A stretch of DNA of 64,000 nucleotides. Origin: Octopus sinensis. Taxonomy: Eukaryota. Below are positions 62,085-64,000 of this stretch, one piece after another; positions within the stretch are counted from its first letter, which is position 1; each line of letters begins with the position of its first letter. The translations under genes were made by a program, and so were the position numbers. The stretch spans positions 23,932,001-23,996,000 of the forward strand of contig NC_043000.1 in NCBI RefSeq assembly GCF_006345805.1, given 5' to 3'. Under the pieces are notes generated by a model. The model was not told the origin of the DNA. It did not search any database and saw only the letters and a list, made by a program, of their open reading frames with translations.

Positions 62085-62720
62085 GCTGGCAGAATTGTTA
62101 GCAAACTGGATGAAATGCTTAGTGGTATTTTGCCCATTGCTATGTTTGAGTTCAAATTCTGCTGAGGTCGACTCTGCCTTTCATCCTTTCGGAGGTGATA
62201 AATTAAGTACCAGTGAAACACTGGGTCAATGTAATCGACTAGTTCCCTCCCACCAAATTTCAGGCCTTGTGCCTATAGTAAAAAGGATTATTATTAATAA
62301 TAATGATAATAATAATAATAATAAAGATAAAGGTGGCGAGCTGGCAGAATCATTAGCATGCTGTACGAAATGCTTAGTGGTATTTCGCCAGTTGCTACAT
62401 TCTGAGTTCAAATTCTACCGAGGTTGACTTTACCTTTCATCCTTTCAGGGTCGATAAATTAAGACCAGTCAGGTACTAAGTCAATGTAATTGACTAGTTC
62501 CCTTCCCCAAAATTTCAGGCCTTGTGCCTATAGTAGAAAGGATTAATAATAAAGATAACAAAAGATAATACTCTGTGGTGAGCAGAGTAAAGACAGCAAG
62601 CTAGCAGCATCATTAGCATGCCAGACAAACTGCTTAGTAGCAGTTTTGAGTTCAAATTCTATCAAGGTTCACTTTGCCTTTCATCCTTTTGGGGTCAATA
62701 TAATAAGTACCAGTTGGACA
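62085..62720 (+). mobile_element. Array of three tRNA-derived SINE copies separated by (AAT)n
   Basis: Copies at ~62085-62290, ~62333-62545 and ~62590-62720. Confidence 0.8.
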
Positions 62721-63284
62721 CTGGAATACACTTGCCCAAGGTGTCATGCAGTGGGACCGAACTGAAGCTTCACCTCACAGCCAGACCTGTGCCTAAGATA
62801 AGATATAAATATACATGTTGACACTGAAAAGTACAAAGACTTATTAAAACCCATTGTAAATCTGTTTTATTACCTTTTATCTCTTCTCTTATAAAACTGA
62901 ACTTTGAACCAAGTTAAAAAAAAAGAAAAAAATTATTAGGAGACAGTTTCCGGTCTTTGCTTATTAAACCCAAACAAAACTTGACAAAATAAACAAAAAA
63001 AATCACAAATTATCAAGTGACACTATATGTTTTATTTGTCTGAGTCATTGGGCTGTGACCATGCTGGGGCACTGCCTTGAAAGGTTTTAGTTGAAGAAAT
63101 CAACCCTTGTACTTACTCTTTTTAAGTTTGGTATTTACTTAATCTGTCTCTTTCGCTGATCAGCTAAGTTACAGGGATGTAAAGAAACTAGCACTTGTCA
63201 AGTGGTGGCTGGGGTGAGAAAAACCACAAGCACAATAATACACACACATATCTATATGTACACACACACACATACATACATATA

Positions 63285-64000
63285 TAAGGTCATCCCATAA
63301 GTTCTGTCCGATTTTACCTTTTTAAAACTGAATGAAATTTAATAGTATTTTAGAATATCTAATGGAATTAAAAATTATTTTTATGCATTTCTGTACATTT
63401 AAACTAATTAAATATTATTTTACAGAATAATAGAATTAAAATTTCTTTGAATAAAACCCTTTCTAACATGGAAGTATCCAAAGAGCATTTGAGGCACATA
63501 ATGCTTTATGAGTAGAAAAAAGGAAACTGCAGCCGAAGTGACTCAAAACACACACTCAGTTTATGGGAAAGAATGCTTGAATGAAAGAACTTGCAGAAGA
63601 TGGTTTGCAAAATTCAGAAGTGGAGATTTCAGCCTTGAAGATGAAGATCGAATAGGACATCCAGTTGAGTTTGATGATAAGCTCCTTGAGGCATTACTTG
63701 AAGAAAATCCCACATTATCAGTTGAAGAATTGGCAATAGAGCTTAGTTCAAACCATACAACAGTTCATCATCATCTTCAACAACTTGGAAAGGTTCCTAA
63801 ACTTGGAAAATGGGTGCCTCGTGAATTGTCCAAAAGCAGCCGCAAATCCCAAGTTGACATCTGCTCTTCTCTCCATTCTCGTGAACTCATTTCACCCTTT
63901 TTGGATAAACTTGTGACGGAAAATGGATCTTCTATCGAAATGTTAAACATCTTAAACAGTGGGAAAAAGCTCAACCACAACCAAGATTCTTCTCTCTATC
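63285..64000 (+). pseudogene. Mariner transposase 5' part (degenerate, runs off the window)
   Basis: TIR-like TAAGGTCATCCCATAAGTTCTGTCCGATT. ATG at 63468 is followed by a stop and frameshift, then ...RRWFAKFRSGDFSLEDE...LGKWVPRELS...PFLDKLVT (WVPHEL-like motif). Confidence 0.9.

Noticed and set aside
60243-64000. Search for the next upstream SUMF1 exon (PWW..V.GA.W.HPEG motif)
   Set aside because: Not found in any frame I could read; it is presumed to lie beyond the window end.

Overview
AT-rich, repeat-dense eukaryotic DNA. The SINE, LINE and MITE repertoire resembles Octopus (cephalopod); this species call is an inference. Two minus-strand genes lie in tandem. (1) ARGLU1 is complete, with 5 coding exons (31632-31448, 17393-17283, 10231-10006, 4218-4135, 1857-1699; 765 nt, 254 aa). 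(2) The 3' half of SUMF1 (formylglycine-generating enzyme) has 5 exons (60242-60120, 59105-58991, 57119-57003, 53001-52942, 46276-46163); its 5' exons lie beyond the window. The rest is tRNA-derived SINEs, (GAT)n-tailed retroposons, CR1, RTE and R4/Dong LINE fragments, mariner, piggyBac, hAT and Helitron remnants, and microsatellites. Main leads: (a) ARGLU1 intron 3 (5.8 kb) has no recognisable transposon. It sits at the same codon position as the retained, poison-exon-bearing intron of human ARGLU1 and contains several candidate poison exons. (b) A ~165-bp inverted duplication starts 43 nt from the ARGLU1 exon-1 donor. (c) A head-to-head dimer of a tRNA-like/(AAT)n/Penelope-like composite retroposon carries decayed minimal hammerhead ribozymes. 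(d) One retroposon is flanked by an apparent ~103-bp target-site duplication. All splice and repeat calls were made by eye, with no database search.
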